From positions 32,001-96,000 of the forward strand of contig CBFIGY010000006.1 in assembly GCA_965662235.1 (NCBI GenBank): DNA of 64,000 bases. The letters are read 5' to 3'. The translations under genes were made by a program, and so were the position numbers. The notes under the pieces were generated by a model that was given only the letters and a program-made list of their open reading frames with translations, did not search any database and was not told the origin of the DNA. Below are positions 10,853 to 20,289 of this stretch, one piece after another (the first letter of the stretch is position 1; each line of letters starts with the position of its first letter). The DNA is from an uncultured bacterium (GTDB taxonomy: Bacteria > SAR324 > NAC60-12).

Positions 10853-13800
10853 ATGAACAGCCCGCTCCTGATTTCTGCAGAAAATTACCCCTTTTTGGCG
10901 GAGTTCCGTCTTCTTGAAAATGCGGAAGACCGAGGCCGTCACGAAGACCGCTTGCGCGAACAGCTGCAGCAGGCGCAGATTCAAGATGCCACCGGCTCAG
11001 CCCTTGAGCATCTGGAGCTGCGTGAACGAGCGTTTGCCCAGACCGTTTCCACCTACTACCAGACGGAGTACCACGCGGCGGTGCAGGACAACCTGACGGT
11101 CCCGAACGCCTTCCGCATCCTGGCCCGGAACACCCACCTGCTGGACGCCATCCTCGGCATCGCCTTTGAGTACAGCCTGGAAGACCTTCCGGCGATCCGG
11201 GAGAACCTGGTGGAGCAGCTCCGCAAGGAACAGGACTACAAACGCCGCATCCTTCCGGAGAAGCAGGAGAAGTGCGAAATCCTCCAGCAGGAGCTGAACT
11301 CGCACCGGAACTCTCAGGCACACGATGCGCGGCAGATGCTCAAGTACTACCAGCGCATCCACGATGACCATCTGCGGGAGGTGAAGCAGCTGCAAGCACG
11401 CCTGCAGGAGCTGCAGGAATCGTTGCCGCAACTGGAGCAGTGCAGCCTCAGCCAGGACTTCCTCCTTGGGCACATGGTCGTCTTTGCCCGCGGCGGGTAC
11501 GGGCGCGCCGAGCTGAGCTTTGCCTCAGACCGCGACCTCGGCTACTGCGTGGACACTCAGTCGCTCAATGCCGGAGAGATTGAGACCTGCAAGCAGCTCA
11601 TCATGCGCATGGAGTACCTGCTCCGGGAATCCGGAATCGACACGGCGCACCAGTACTTTGAGATTGACGAAGACCTCTCCCGGTTCAGTGAACCCAACAG
11701 CGTTCACACCATTCCGTCCATTCTGGAAAGCCGAGTGCTGCTGGGCAGCCCGTCTCTTGCGGAGGCGCTCAAGCGCAGGTTCTTTCACATCCTGCCCTAT
11801 GAACCGTACGTCCTCAACAAGCTGGATGAGTACCAGGGGAGCCACCAGCCCACCCTCAATGAAATGGACATCAAGGAAGACTTCGGGGGGCTCCGGACGC
11901 TGCAGATTCCCCTTTGGATTGCTGCGGCCACCTATGGCGTGTTTCCGAGTCAGACGGCAGACCTGCTGGCGTTGCTGATCCAGAAACGCATTCTTTCCCC
12001 CCGGCAGGGCTACAAGCTGTGCCAGGCCCTAGAGTTCTTCTATGACCTCCGGAACTTCAGTGGGGCGGCGCAGGAGTACTACGACGAAGAAGCTCGGGCC
12101 AGCGGCTGCGTGGACCGGAACCTTGAGTTCAATGTGGTCAACGACAGCCTGGAACGCCTCTACCTCCTCAAGCGCCAGCGGTTCCAGAATGTCGATGAGT
12201 TTGACCGCTACCGCCTGCAGATGGTGGACAACATCCGCTCCCTCTCCCGGATGATGCTCCGCAAGCTCATGGACCGCACCGTTGTCCGGACCTTCTCCGA
12301 CTTCCAACTGGTGGTGCACCTGCGCAAGCGTCGGATCGTTGAAATCCATGCCCTAGAGGGACTTCCGCAGGTGCCGTTGGCGCTCATCTTCAGCACCCCA
12401 CTGGTGCTGCTGGAGCTGTTCATCTACATCGGTCAGTCCGGTTACGACCTCTCTGTTGAGCTCAAGGACGAGCTGGCAGAACTGATCCCCACGCTGACCC
12501 CCGAGCGCATTCAGGCCTACTCAGAGCAACTGCCGGACAAGTTCAATGAATTGATGCTGACGCCCCACACGGCCAACGCGTTGCGGGTGATGTTTGAGAT
12601 CAGTGACCCCATCAGCAGCTCCAACCTGCCGGACACCCTCATTGGCCGGTACATTCCCGAATGCAACCAGATGCGGTTTCTGCTCCGGAACCTGTCTTAC
12701 CACCAGCATCCCGTCTGCATTCACTCCCTCAATGCGGTGGAGCGCAGCCAGGAGGAGCTCAAGCTGCTCAAGCAGAACTATCCGGAGCTGTACCACTACC
12801 TCAAACCGCAGCACCTGCTTGCCCTCAAGTGGGGAATGCTGTTTCATGACGTTGGCAAGATTGACCCGACCACGCGGCACCAGATTTCCGGGACCCTCAT
12901 GGCGGTTCATGCCTTGGAACGCATCGGCTACCGTGATCCAGAGCTCTTCCGTCTGGTTTCCCTGCTGATTGCCCACCACATGACGGTGGTGCAGCTCAGC
13001 AAAACCTCCGCCTACTTTGACCAGGCGTTGCAGAACTTCTTTGAGATCGCCGACCGGAACCTCGTCAACGTCATCCTCCTCTTCCTCGTCAACGTCTCTG
13101 ACTACAGCGCCGTCAGTGACGCCAACGCCCGTGACACCCGGCACCTGCGGAACTTCTTTGAGGAAACCTATCGGGTCTTCTCCGAAATGAGGACCTCCGG
13201 AACCCTTGAGGAGTCGCTGGACTTCATCCACTCGTACCTCGACAACAAAAAGAGCGACCTCGAGTTTGACACCCGCATCGACCTGCTCATCAAACGCAGC
13301 CTCCGGAATGACCTCGAACAGGAACTCTTTGATCCGCTGGAGCAAACGCACCCCAAGGAACGTGACCGGCTCCGGAATTCGGAGGCCGAACTGCAGCGGC
13401 TCTGGCGGGCCCTGAAGGTGGGGTCTTTAGACTCCAAGGGCATCGACGAACACACGGAGCGGATGATCCGGATGATTCGTCAGACCCTGAGCAACAAGTC
13501 GATCATGGCGCTTACGGAGTCGTTCAACACGATGATCAACTGGTTCTTCACGGCCTTCCCGAACCGCTTCCTCCTGAGCGCCCCTCCGGATGTGCTGGCC
13601 CAGAACCTTTCGATCTTCCAGCACATCGACCGTCCCGTTCTCGCCAACGTCCTCACCAATGCACGGGGCCGGATCACCGGACTGCTGATCTACATCCGTC
13701 TGGAAGACTCTCCGCACAGCCGCGCCGCCTACGCGATCAACAAGTTCAATCTGAACGTGGATTCGGCAAAGATGAACCTCGTTCGTTTCCATGACGGCAC

Positions 13801-14266
13801 CGAAGCCTACTGTTACTTCTTCGAGGTCTCCCGGCGCGCAAGCGGTGAGATGATCTTTCCGCGGGACATTGAGTCATCAATCCTCCGCGATTCTCCGCCT
13901 CCGCTCCGGCTGCCCACCCATGAGTTCATGTACAACAACCGGGTCCAGGTGGAGTACCTGGATGATGACGAGAAGGGGTACCTAGTGGAAGAGCAGAGCT
14001 CGCAGGAGGCAGAAGCCTCCGGACGCTTCATTCGGCGCCCGGCGAATTACCTCCGGGTCAAGGTGACAGTGGAAGATGCTCCCATGGTGTACTTCAAGAT
14101 GGCCCACGCCTTTGAGACGGTGAATGTCCCGGTCCGGCAGTCGCTCATCACCACGACGGGACACCAGGTGATGAACACCTTCTACATTGACCCGCAGAAC
14201 CTGGACCGGTTGCAGCACTCGGATTTTGAGGAGTTGCTCCGCCACAGCCTCCACACCAGTGGCTGA
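10853..14266 (+). CDS. glnD: GlnD-like PII uridylyltransferase/uridylyl-removing enzyme with large insertions
   Basis: ARGGYGRAELSFASDRDL nucleotidyltransferase motif, DIKEDFGGLR, HD domain LFHDVGK, and divergent ACT-like C-terminus. Confidence 0.7.
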   Translation: MNSPLLISAENYPFLAEFRLLENAEDRGRHEDRLREQLQQAQIQDATGSALEHLELRERAFAQTVSTYYQTEYHAAVQDNLTVPNAFRILARNTHLLDAILGIAFEYSLEDLPAIRENLVEQLRKEQDYKRRILPEKQEKCEILQQELNSHRNSQAHDARQMLKYYQRIHDDHLREVKQLQARLQELQESLPQLEQCSLSQDFLLGHMVVFARGGYGRAELSFASDRDLGYCVDTQSLNAGEIETCKQLIMRMEYLLRESGIDTAHQYFEIDEDLSRFSEPNSVHTIPSILESRVLLGSPSLAEALKRRFFHILPYEPYVLNKLDEYQGSHQPTLNEMDIKEDFGGLRTLQIPLWIAAATYGVFPSQTADLLALLIQKRILSPRQGYKLCQALEFFYDLRNFSGAAQEYYDEEARASGCVDRNLEFNVVNDSLERLYLLKRQRFQNVDEFDRYRLQMVDNIRSLSRMMLRKLMDRTVVRTFSDFQLVVHLRKRRIVEIHALEGLPQVPLALIFSTPLVLLELFIYIGQSGYDLSVELKDELAELIPTLTPERIQAYSEQLPDKFNELMLTPHTANALRVMFEISDPISSSNLPDTLIGRYIPECNQMRFLLRNLSYHQHPVCIHSLNAVERSQEELKLLKQNYPELYHYLKPQHLLALKWGMLFHDVGKIDPTTRHQISGTLMAVHALERIGYRDPELFRLVSLLIAHHMTVVQLSKTSAYFDQALQNFFEIADRNLVNVILLFLVNVSDYSAVSDANARDTRHLRNFFEETYRVFSEMRTSGTLEESLDFIHSYLDNKKSDLEFDTRIDLLIKRSLRNDLEQELFDPLEQTHPKERDRLRNSEAELQRLWRALKVGSLDSKGIDEHTERMIRMIRQTLSNKSIMALTESFNTMINWFFTAFPNRFLLSAPPDVLAQNLSIFQHIDRPVLANVLTNARGRITGLLIYIRLEDSPHSRAAYAINKFNLNVDSAKMNLVRFHDGTEAYCYFFEVSRRASGEMIFPRDIESSILRDSPPPLRLPTHEFMYNNRVQVEYLDDDEKGYLVEEQSSQEAEASGRFIRRPANYLRVKVTVEDAPMVYFKMAHAFETVNVPVRQSLITTTGHQVMNTFYIDPQNLDRLQHSDFEELLRHSLHTSG

Positions 14267-14349
14267 AGCCGGCGACGGCAAAGGAAGCGGAAGGAAGGGG
14301 CCGGTGAGGGGCGAAACCAGGCTCACCGGTTGAGGAAGGGGGTCGTGGT

Positions 14350-14955
14350 TTAGGCGCGAGTCGCCGTTACCAGAAAGAGGGGGTACGAGCTTCCGTCCTC
14401 GCGCTCGACGACGTGGGGCGTTTGAAAGTCGATGTCGGTGAAGCCACTGTGCCTGAGCAGCTCTTGCAGGTGGCTGCGGTCAAAACCGAAGTGAAAGACT
14501 CCGTCGTTGCCCTGCTGGTGAAAGCTTCCGTCTTCGCGGTCTAGGTCCGCTAGGGCGACCTGACCGCCAGGCTTCAGGTGGTCGGCAAAGCACTGAAAGA
14601 GCTGGGCGGTGTCTTCAACGTGATGCAGCGCCATGGCGCTCATGATCAGGTCAAAGGACCGGGAGAGCGGCTGCTCCAAAATGTCCTGACAGACCGGCTC
14701 CACCTTTCCCTGTAGCTCAGGCTTCTCCTTGAGCTTCTCCAGCATTGCTGCCGAGACATCAACAGCGACAATCTGAGAGACCTTTGGCGCGACGTGCGAA
14801 CTGATGAGGCCGGTTCCGGCCCCAAAGTCCATCACCTCCATGTCGGCACGGAGCGGAACACGCTCCAACAACTGGGCGCTGACGGCCCCGGAAATTTTTT
14901 GGATGGGGGTTTGGGAATCCCAGTCCTGGGCTTTTTCAGAAAATAGATCGGGCAT
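14350..14955 (-). CDS. Class I SAM-dependent methyltransferase
   Basis: VMDFGAGTG motif I, FDLIMSAMALHH and LKPGG. Confidence 0.9.
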   Translation of the reverse strand: MPDLFSEKAQDWDSQTPIQKISGAVSAQLLERVPLRADMEVMDFGAGTGLISSHVAPKVSQIVAVDVSAAMLEKLKEKPELQGKVEPVCQDILEQPLSRSFDLIMSAMALHHVEDTAQLFQCFADHLKPGGQVALADLDREDGSFHQQGNDGVFHFGFDRSHLQELLRHSGFTDIDFQTPHVVEREDGSSYPLFLVTATRA

Positions 14956-15019
14956 CCTAACTTTCTTGATCAAGGAACAAACGCGGGACTTTTTAGGGTA
15001 GCAGATGTTTCGGGTCGTC

Positions 15020-16420
15020 TCACGCCGGAAGCAACTTTCCGGGGTTGAGGAGGTTCAGGGGATCCAGGGCTTGCTTGATCTGGCGCATCAGTTCAATCGA
15101 CTCACCGTGCTCAGCGTGCATGTAGCGGATCTTTCCGGAACCGATGCCATGTTCGCCGGTGCAGGTCCCCCCCATCCGCAGGGCTCGTTCGATCAACCGG
15201 TCGTTCAGCACCTGAAACTGCCGCAGGTCCTCAGCCTCGTTTTCCGGGTCCACTAGGAACAGCAGGTGGAAGTTTCCATCACCGACGTGTCCGACAATCG
15301 GCACCATCAGTCCGGCTTCATCAATGTCCTTGCGTGTTTCCAGAATGCAGTCGGCCAGCCGGGAGATGGGAACACAGACATCCGTTGGCCAACCCTTGGA
15401 GCCCGGCTTCAGGGCCAGGCTGGCGTAGAGGGCATTGTGTCGGGCCTCCCAGAGCTTCTGCCGGTCCTGTTCCTGGGTGGCCCAGCGGAAGTCTCCTCCT
15501 CCGTGCTCTGCGGCAATCTCGCCGACAATTTCCGCTTGTTCCGCAACCCAGCGTTCGGTGCCGTGGAACTCAAAGAAGAGGGTTGGCTGCTCAGGGTAGT
15601 CGAGCTGAGAAAACTGGTTCAGGGCGCGCATCTGTACTTCATCCAGCAACTCAATGCGCGCCACCGGAATGCCCATTTGAATGACAGGAATGACGGTATT
15701 GACCGCGCCGGCGAGGGTGTCAAAGGAGCACACGGCTGCCGAAATTGCCTCGGGAATGCCATGCAACCGAAGCTGGACTTCGGTGATGATGCCCAGGGTG
15801 CCCTCTGAGCCCACCATCAGGCGGGTCAAATCGTATCCGGACGAGGACTTGCGCGAGCGGGTTCCGGTTTTCAGGATCCGGCCTTCGGCGTTCACCACGG
15901 TGAGTCCGAGCACGTTCTCCCGCATGGTTCCGTACCGTACCGCGTTGGTGCCAGACGCCCGGGTTGCAGCCATGCCTCCGAGCGACGCATCGGCTCCCGG
16001 GTCAATGGGGAAAAACAGTCCGGTCTGCCGGAGGTGCTGGTTGAGCTGCTTGCGAGTGACTCCGGCCTGCACACGGCAGTCGAGGTCGTCGGTGTTGACC
16101 TCAAGGACCTGATTCATCTGCGAAAGGTCCAGGCTGATGCCTCCTTTGACCGCGGCCACGTGTCCTTCCAGCGAGGTGCCCGTGCCAAAGGGAATGATTG
16201 GGCACTGATGCCGGACACAGATCCGGACGATCTCAGCGACCTCTTCATTGGAATGCGCAAACGCAACGGCGTCTGGAGGCATGGGATGATGAAACGATTC
16301 ATCCCGTCCGTGCTGCTCCCGGGTTGCCTCAGCTGTTGAGAGGCGGTCACCGAGCAGCGTTTGCAGGTTCTGTAGGCAGGCGTCTAGGTGAGGAAGCGTG
16401 GTGGTTTGGGGCAAGGCCAT
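15020..16420 (-). CDS. FAD-linked oxidase, D-lactate dehydrogenase (cytochrome)/GlcD family
   Basis: FGTGTSLEGH, DPGADASLGG, GSEGTLG, GHVGDGNFH and GEHGIG motifs. Confidence 0.92.
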   Translation of the reverse strand: MALPQTTTLPHLDACLQNLQTLLGDRLSTAEATREQHGRDESFHHPMPPDAVAFAHSNEEVAEIVRICVRHQCPIIPFGTGTSLEGHVAAVKGGISLDLSQMNQVLEVNTDDLDCRVQAGVTRKQLNQHLRQTGLFFPIDPGADASLGGMAATRASGTNAVRYGTMRENVLGLTVVNAEGRILKTGTRSRKSSSGYDLTRLMVGSEGTLGIITEVQLRLHGIPEAISAAVCSFDTLAGAVNTVIPVIQMGIPVARIELLDEVQMRALNQFSQLDYPEQPTLFFEFHGTERWVAEQAEIVGEIAAEHGGGDFRWATQEQDRQKLWEARHNALYASLALKPGSKGWPTDVCVPISRLADCILETRKDIDEAGLMVPIVGHVGDGNFHLLFLVDPENEAEDLRQFQVLNDRLIERALRMGGTCTGEHGIGSGKIRYMHAEHGESIELMRQIKQALDPLNLLNPGKLLPA

Positions 16421-16626
16421 GGTTTTTCTCCGACAGGGTCAATGAAGTAGAGGACCGCTTGAGGGCGTGTTTGCTGCCGTCACCTTAGCAGGACGCTGCT
16501 GCAGGCGTAAGCATTTTCGTCGCCCTCCTGCAATCGGGTTTCTTCAGAGGCAGGCACAGGAGTTGCTGAGGTTTCTTTAAACCCGGGGAAACCCTTCTCA
16601 ACTTGATGACAGACGCTGAAACGACG

Positions 16627-17208
16627 ATGAACTTTCGAGGACACCTCAATGGGGGCATTGCTGCAGGAACGGTCACCGTGGCCGTGGCCATTTCGACCCA
16701 ATACGTGACCCTGCAGCCCGATTCCTTTCAGCGCTTCCTGGGAGCGCCGCTGCACTGGGAGGGGGAAATTCAGACGCTGGTGGGGCTCTTCTTGACCACC
16801 GTCTTCATGGCTCTGTTTCCGGACCTAGACACCACTTCGGTGCCCCAGAAGTGGTTCTTCCGGATCATGTTTGTCTGCATGGCCGTGCTCTTCTTCAACC
16901 AGGAGATCGAGCTGTTTGCCATCTGCGCCTTTGCGTCTCTGCTCCCGGTGATGCACAAGCACCGTGGCTGGACCCACTGGAAGCTCACCCCGTGGCTGAT
17001 GGCGATCTTCTTTGCGGTGATCTTTGAGTACTTCCGGATTCAGGAGGCATGGCTGACCGAATTTTCTTGGCAGAAGGTGTGGCTGTTTCTGAACCACTTC
17101 TGGATGTACGTGTTTGCGTGCGTGCTGGGGCACTACACCCACTTGCTGCTGGACTCCCGGAAGCTTCGTTGGCTCCCATTCATCCGCAACCGCTCCGGGC
17201 ATCACTAG
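16627..17208 (+). CDS. Membrane-bound metal-dependent hydrolase (YdjM-like)
   Basis: MNFRGH, FPDLD, HRGWTH and HLLLD motifs with transmembrane segments. Confidence 0.82.
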   Translation: MNFRGHLNGGIAAGTVTVAVAISTQYVTLQPDSFQRFLGAPLHWEGEIQTLVGLFLTTVFMALFPDLDTTSVPQKWFFRIMFVCMAVLFFNQEIELFAICAFASLLPVMHKHRGWTHWKLTPWLMAIFFAVIFEYFRIQEAWLTEFSWQKVWLFLNHFWMYVFACVLGHYTHLLLDSRKLRWLPFIRNRSGHH

Positions 17209-18233
17209 GACCGCAGCGCCGGGATCTCCTCCGGAAGCAGACTCGTCATGCAGCGTAGCGACTGAGGGTGAGAGCACGTGCCGCGGCCATCTCGGGAGCA
17301 GGGGCGGCACATGAGGGGCAAGGACGTTTCCAGCACCTGACTGTCTGGAAGAAAGGGCGCGTAGCCAAATTCACGGACCGTTGGGCCAAAGAGGACATGA
17401 GCAGGGGTGCCCATTGCTTCGGCCAGGTGCGCAATCGACGTGTCGTTGCACAGCACCCACTGCGCCTGTTCCAGTAGCGCGGCCGACTCCAGAAGGCTCA
17501 GCTGCCCTGCAAGGTTGACCACTCCAGTTCCAACTCGACGCTGCAGCAACTCCGGCTCAACCTCTCCGGGTCCTCCCACGAGGACCACCTGCCACCCCAC
17601 CTCGGTCCAGTTCCGGATCACCTGCTCAAAGTACTCCACCGGCCAGCGTTTCAGCTCATACGAAGCTCCGGGGCCCACGGCAACAAACTGCTTAGGCGCC
17701 AAGTCGTGTTCCTTCAACACAGCGGCCACCTTGGCCCGATCGGCTGCTGACGGAAACAGTTCGGTGTGAGCGTCTAGCTCGTGCCCTTGATGCCGGACCA
17801 ATGGCTGCAGCCACTGTTCCCGTTGAGAGCGGGCGCCCTTGAGCCAGTTCATCTGCAACCGAATCAGCAGGGTGCGGCGCAGGGTCCGTTTGTTGATCCG
17901 CCAGACTTCCGGAGACCGTCCTGAGGCCTGCAGCATCAGCGACACCCAGCGGCTCCTCAAGGAGGCATGCAGGTCGTAGATCAGGTCGAACCGTTCCTGC
18001 TGGAGCCACTCCAGCAGCGCTTGCCGGTCTGCAGGGTGCTCCTTGCGGGGGTGGTAGTGGATTTCGTCTAGGTGTGGGTTGTTGGCCAGAACCTCTCCAA
18101 AGCCGACGCTCGTCAGCAGCGTCAGCCGTGCATCTGGGAAGCACCGGCGCAATTCACGGTAGACTGGTGTGGTCAGAACGAGGTCGCCCAGCGAGCTGAA
18201 GCGGATGATCAGGATGTTCTGAAAGGCGGCCAT
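17205..18233 (-). CDS. Glycosyltransferase family 9 (ADP-heptose:LPS heptosyltransferase)
   Basis: ILIIRFSSLGDLV, KRWP and NDTSIAHLAEA..TP...LFGPT. Confidence 0.92.
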   Translation of the reverse strand: MAAFQNILIIRFSSLGDLVLTTPVYRELRRCFPDARLTLLTSVGFGEVLANNPHLDEIHYHPRKEHPADRQALLEWLQQERFDLIYDLHASLRSRWVSLMLQASGRSPEVWRINKRTLRRTLLIRLQMNWLKGARSQREQWLQPLVRHQGHELDAHTELFPSAADRAKVAAVLKEHDLAPKQFVAVGPGASYELKRWPVEYFEQVIRNWTEVGWQVVLVGGPGEVEPELLQRRVGTGVVNLAGQLSLLESAALLEQAQWVLCNDTSIAHLAEAMGTPAHVLFGPTVREFGYAPFLPDSQVLETSLPLMCRPCSRDGRGTCSHPQSLRCMTSLLPEEIPALRS

Positions 18234-18237
18234 CGAC

Positions 18238-18816
18238 TTAAGCGGAGAGGAGGTGTGAGACGGCGTCTGCAAGGTCTTCTGCCCAGAAGAGCGGTTCTGT
18301 GGCAAAGGCCTGGTCGTGCCCGGCGTGTCCGGTCCGGACGCCAATGGACGGGCATCCAAAGCGCCGGGCGGCTTCAAAGTCAGAGGTCTTGTCTCCAATC
18401 AGAACCCATGCTTCCGGAGGCAGTTGAGCAGCAGCAGCGGCTTGTTCTAGCAGTCCGGGTTCTGGCTTGCGGCACCCGCAGGGCTGAGGCTCGCTTCGTC
18501 GGGCGCCATCTTCCCAGTCCGGATGGTGCGGACAGAAGTAGAAGCCATTCACCCGGCCTTGGACGATCGCGAGGTCCTGATCCATCTGGTCCGTGATGGC
18601 CTGCAGTCCCTCTAGGCTGAGCTTCCCTCGTGCAATTGCCGCTTGGTTGGTGACAACCGCGACCCACAGTCCTGCGGCCGTGAGCCGAGCGAGAGCCTCC
18701 GCGCTTCCTGGAATCCACTTGAAGGCTTCCGGAGTCAGAGGCGGGCCGGGTTCTTGGTTCAGTACCCCGTCACGGTCGAGGAGGACGCCTTGCAGGCGAG
18801 AGCGGTCAAGAGGCAT
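18238..18816 (-). CDS. gmhB: D-glycero-beta-D-manno-heptose 1,7-bisphosphate phosphatase (HAD-IIIA)
   Basis: LDRDGVLN, VTNQ, CPHHP...CGCRKP and IGDK..D; lies next to the GT9 gene. Confidence 0.88.
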   Translation of the reverse strand: MPLDRSRLQGVLLDRDGVLNQEPGPPLTPEAFKWIPGSAEALARLTAAGLWVAVVTNQAAIARGKLSLEGLQAITDQMDQDLAIVQGRVNGFYFCPHHPDWEDGARRSEPQPCGCRKPEPGLLEQAAAAAQLPPEAWVLIGDKTSDFEAARRFGCPSIGVRTGHAGHDQAFATEPLFWAEDLADAVSHLLSA

Positions 18817-19981
18817 GCTTTTCTTCCAAGCGGGTGGCACGTTCGGTCGCTGAGAGCTTTCCCAGCTCACGGACCTGTTCATAAAAACGATCCCAGTCGC
18901 CTCCGGACTCTGCAAAAATCGCCTCAAAGGCGGCGACTCGGTTGTGGTAACGGGCGACTCCCAGCAGGTGGGCGTGGTTGAGGTCCTGGGCAAACCAGTT
19001 GTCGTAAGAGAGGACCTGAAAGGTTTCCCGCTCTGCGGCGTACGCCTGCTTCAGCTCGGCGAGAATCCGTTGCTTCTCCTGCTGCTTGTCGGCATCAGAC
19101 GTCGCCTGCTCATAGCGCTGCTGGAGTTCGGTGAGGGCGTTACGGATCAGTTCCCGGAAGCGAGCCCGCTCCTGCTGGGCCTGCTGGTAGCGTTCCCACA
19201 CGTCGCTCCCATAGTCGGGGTGCGTCTCAAGGAACCGCCGGACCCCTTCCTGCTCCACAAACACGGCAAACGATTCATTGAAGGAGGTGTCGTCTTGCAC
19301 GTAAAGCACCTGGTGCGCCATCTCGTGAATGAGAGTTGCTATGACAACTTCTGTTCGCTGCTCCAGGAAGGTACTGAGGATGGGGTCGGAGAAGAAGTCG
19401 GGGATCAGCGGACCATTCAGCCACCCCAGTGTGGAGTAGGCGGTGGCGTACCCGACAGCCACGTCCAGAGACTCGGTCTGGGCCAGCTCCTGCGCATAAG
19501 CCTGTGCTTCCGCTTCATCGAAGTAACCCCGGTACTCTTGGCACCCGATCAGCAGGTAGCACCAGCGGTACGCTTTCAGCTCCAGTGGCTGGGCAGCCGT
19601 GACCACCGCGGTTGCGTAGGGACGGTTCAGCTTGACGTAGCCGGTGTAGCCCGCCCGTTCTGGGAGCTTCAACTCGTCGATGGCAAAGGTCCGAACGGAC
19701 TGAACCAGACGCAGGCGTTTCTTCAGTTCAGGATCGGTTTCCGGGTCTGCGAGGAGGACTTCAATGGACTGCTTTTCCTGAAGCAGGTTCAGGTGTCCGG
19801 ATGCGGCTTGCCAGTAGTAACTGACCTGTGAGCAGCCTGCCAGGAGCCAGGTGAGGCTGAGCAGCAGCCATAGCTCTGGAGAACGCCACGCGACGAGACG
19901 GGAGGGCAGACGGTCTGGGAGCCGTAAGCGACCGGAGGACCAAGATGGAGAGTTCGCCAAAACGGCTGGACACTTCACCAT
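18806..19981 (-). CDS. Putative zinc aminopeptidase lipoprotein
   Basis: Lipobox-like LLAGC, YYWQA, AYSTLGW and HEMAHQ...FNES; start uncertain. Confidence 0.85.
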   Translation of the reverse strand: MVKCPAVLANSPSWSSGRLRLPDRLPSRLVAWRSPELWLLLSLTWLLAGCSQVSYYWQAASGHLNLLQEKQSIEVLLADPETDPELKKRLRLVQSVRTFAIDELKLPERAGYTGYVKLNRPYATAVVTAAQPLELKAYRWCYLLIGCQEYRGYFDEAEAQAYAQELAQTESLDVAVGYATAYSTLGWLNGPLIPDFFSDPILSTFLEQRTEVVIATLIHEMAHQVLYVQDDTSFNESFAVFVEQEGVRRFLETHPDYGSDVWERYQQAQQERARFRELIRNALTELQQRYEQATSDADKQQEKQRILAELKQAYAAERETFQVLSYDNWFAQDLNHAHLLGVARYHNRVAAFEAIFAESGGDWDRFYEQVRELGKLSATERATRLEEKHAS

Positions 19982-20056
19982 GAACTTCTGACAATGGTGG
20001 TTTACCCGTTGTTGCTGGACTGTGGGATTCCGGGGGTGCTGGAAGCAGGGAGGCAA

Positions 20057-20132
20057 TGGAGCGAGAAACGGGGTTCGAACCCGCGACCTCAACCTTGGCA
20101 AGGTTGCGCTCTACCAGCTGAGCTATTCTCGC
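20057..20132 (-). tRNA. tRNA-Gly (GCC)
   Basis: Reverse complement reads GCGAGAATAGCTCAGCTGGTAGAGCGCAACCTTGCCAAGGTTGAGGTCGCGGGTTCGAACCCCGTTTCTCGCTCCA: full cloverleaf, GCC anticodon, encoded CCA. Confidence 0.98.
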
Positions 20133-20145
20133 TGAGGAAAATCCT

Positions 20146-20173
20146 ATGTTACTCAATCCAGATTGAGAGTCAA
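20146..20173 (-). promoter_or_regulatory. Candidate sigma70 promoter of tRNA-Gly with palindromic spacer
   Basis: Minus strand TTGACT-16 nt-TAACAT; the spacer is CTCAATC-TG-GATTGAG. Confidence 0.55.
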
Positions 20174-20289
20174 CCCCTTTTTTCGCATGTTCTTTGGTTG
20201 AGGCACGCACGCTATTTGCACATCCGTGCTCAGCCATAAGACGGCACCGGCTCTTGGGTGCCTGAACCTCCTACGCACGCGCATCGTCT

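Noticed and set aside
14301..14329. Hairpin CCGGTGAG...CTCACCGG between convergent genes as a terminator
   Set aside because: It has a large loop and no adjacent U-tract; plausible but not supportable.
19982..20101. N-terminal extension of the aminopeptidase ORF and ORFs spanning the tRNA
   Set aside because: They overlap the tRNA gene, so the real start must lie downstream.
20057..20132. tRNA-Gly as an integration site for an island or prophage
   Set aside because: I saw no integrase, no duplicated tRNA 3' end and no compositional break, and the flanking genes are core envelope genes.
20201..20220. Possible sigma54 promoter before the LysM gene
   Set aside because: The GG-N10-GC spacing is not met (CG sits where GG is required).
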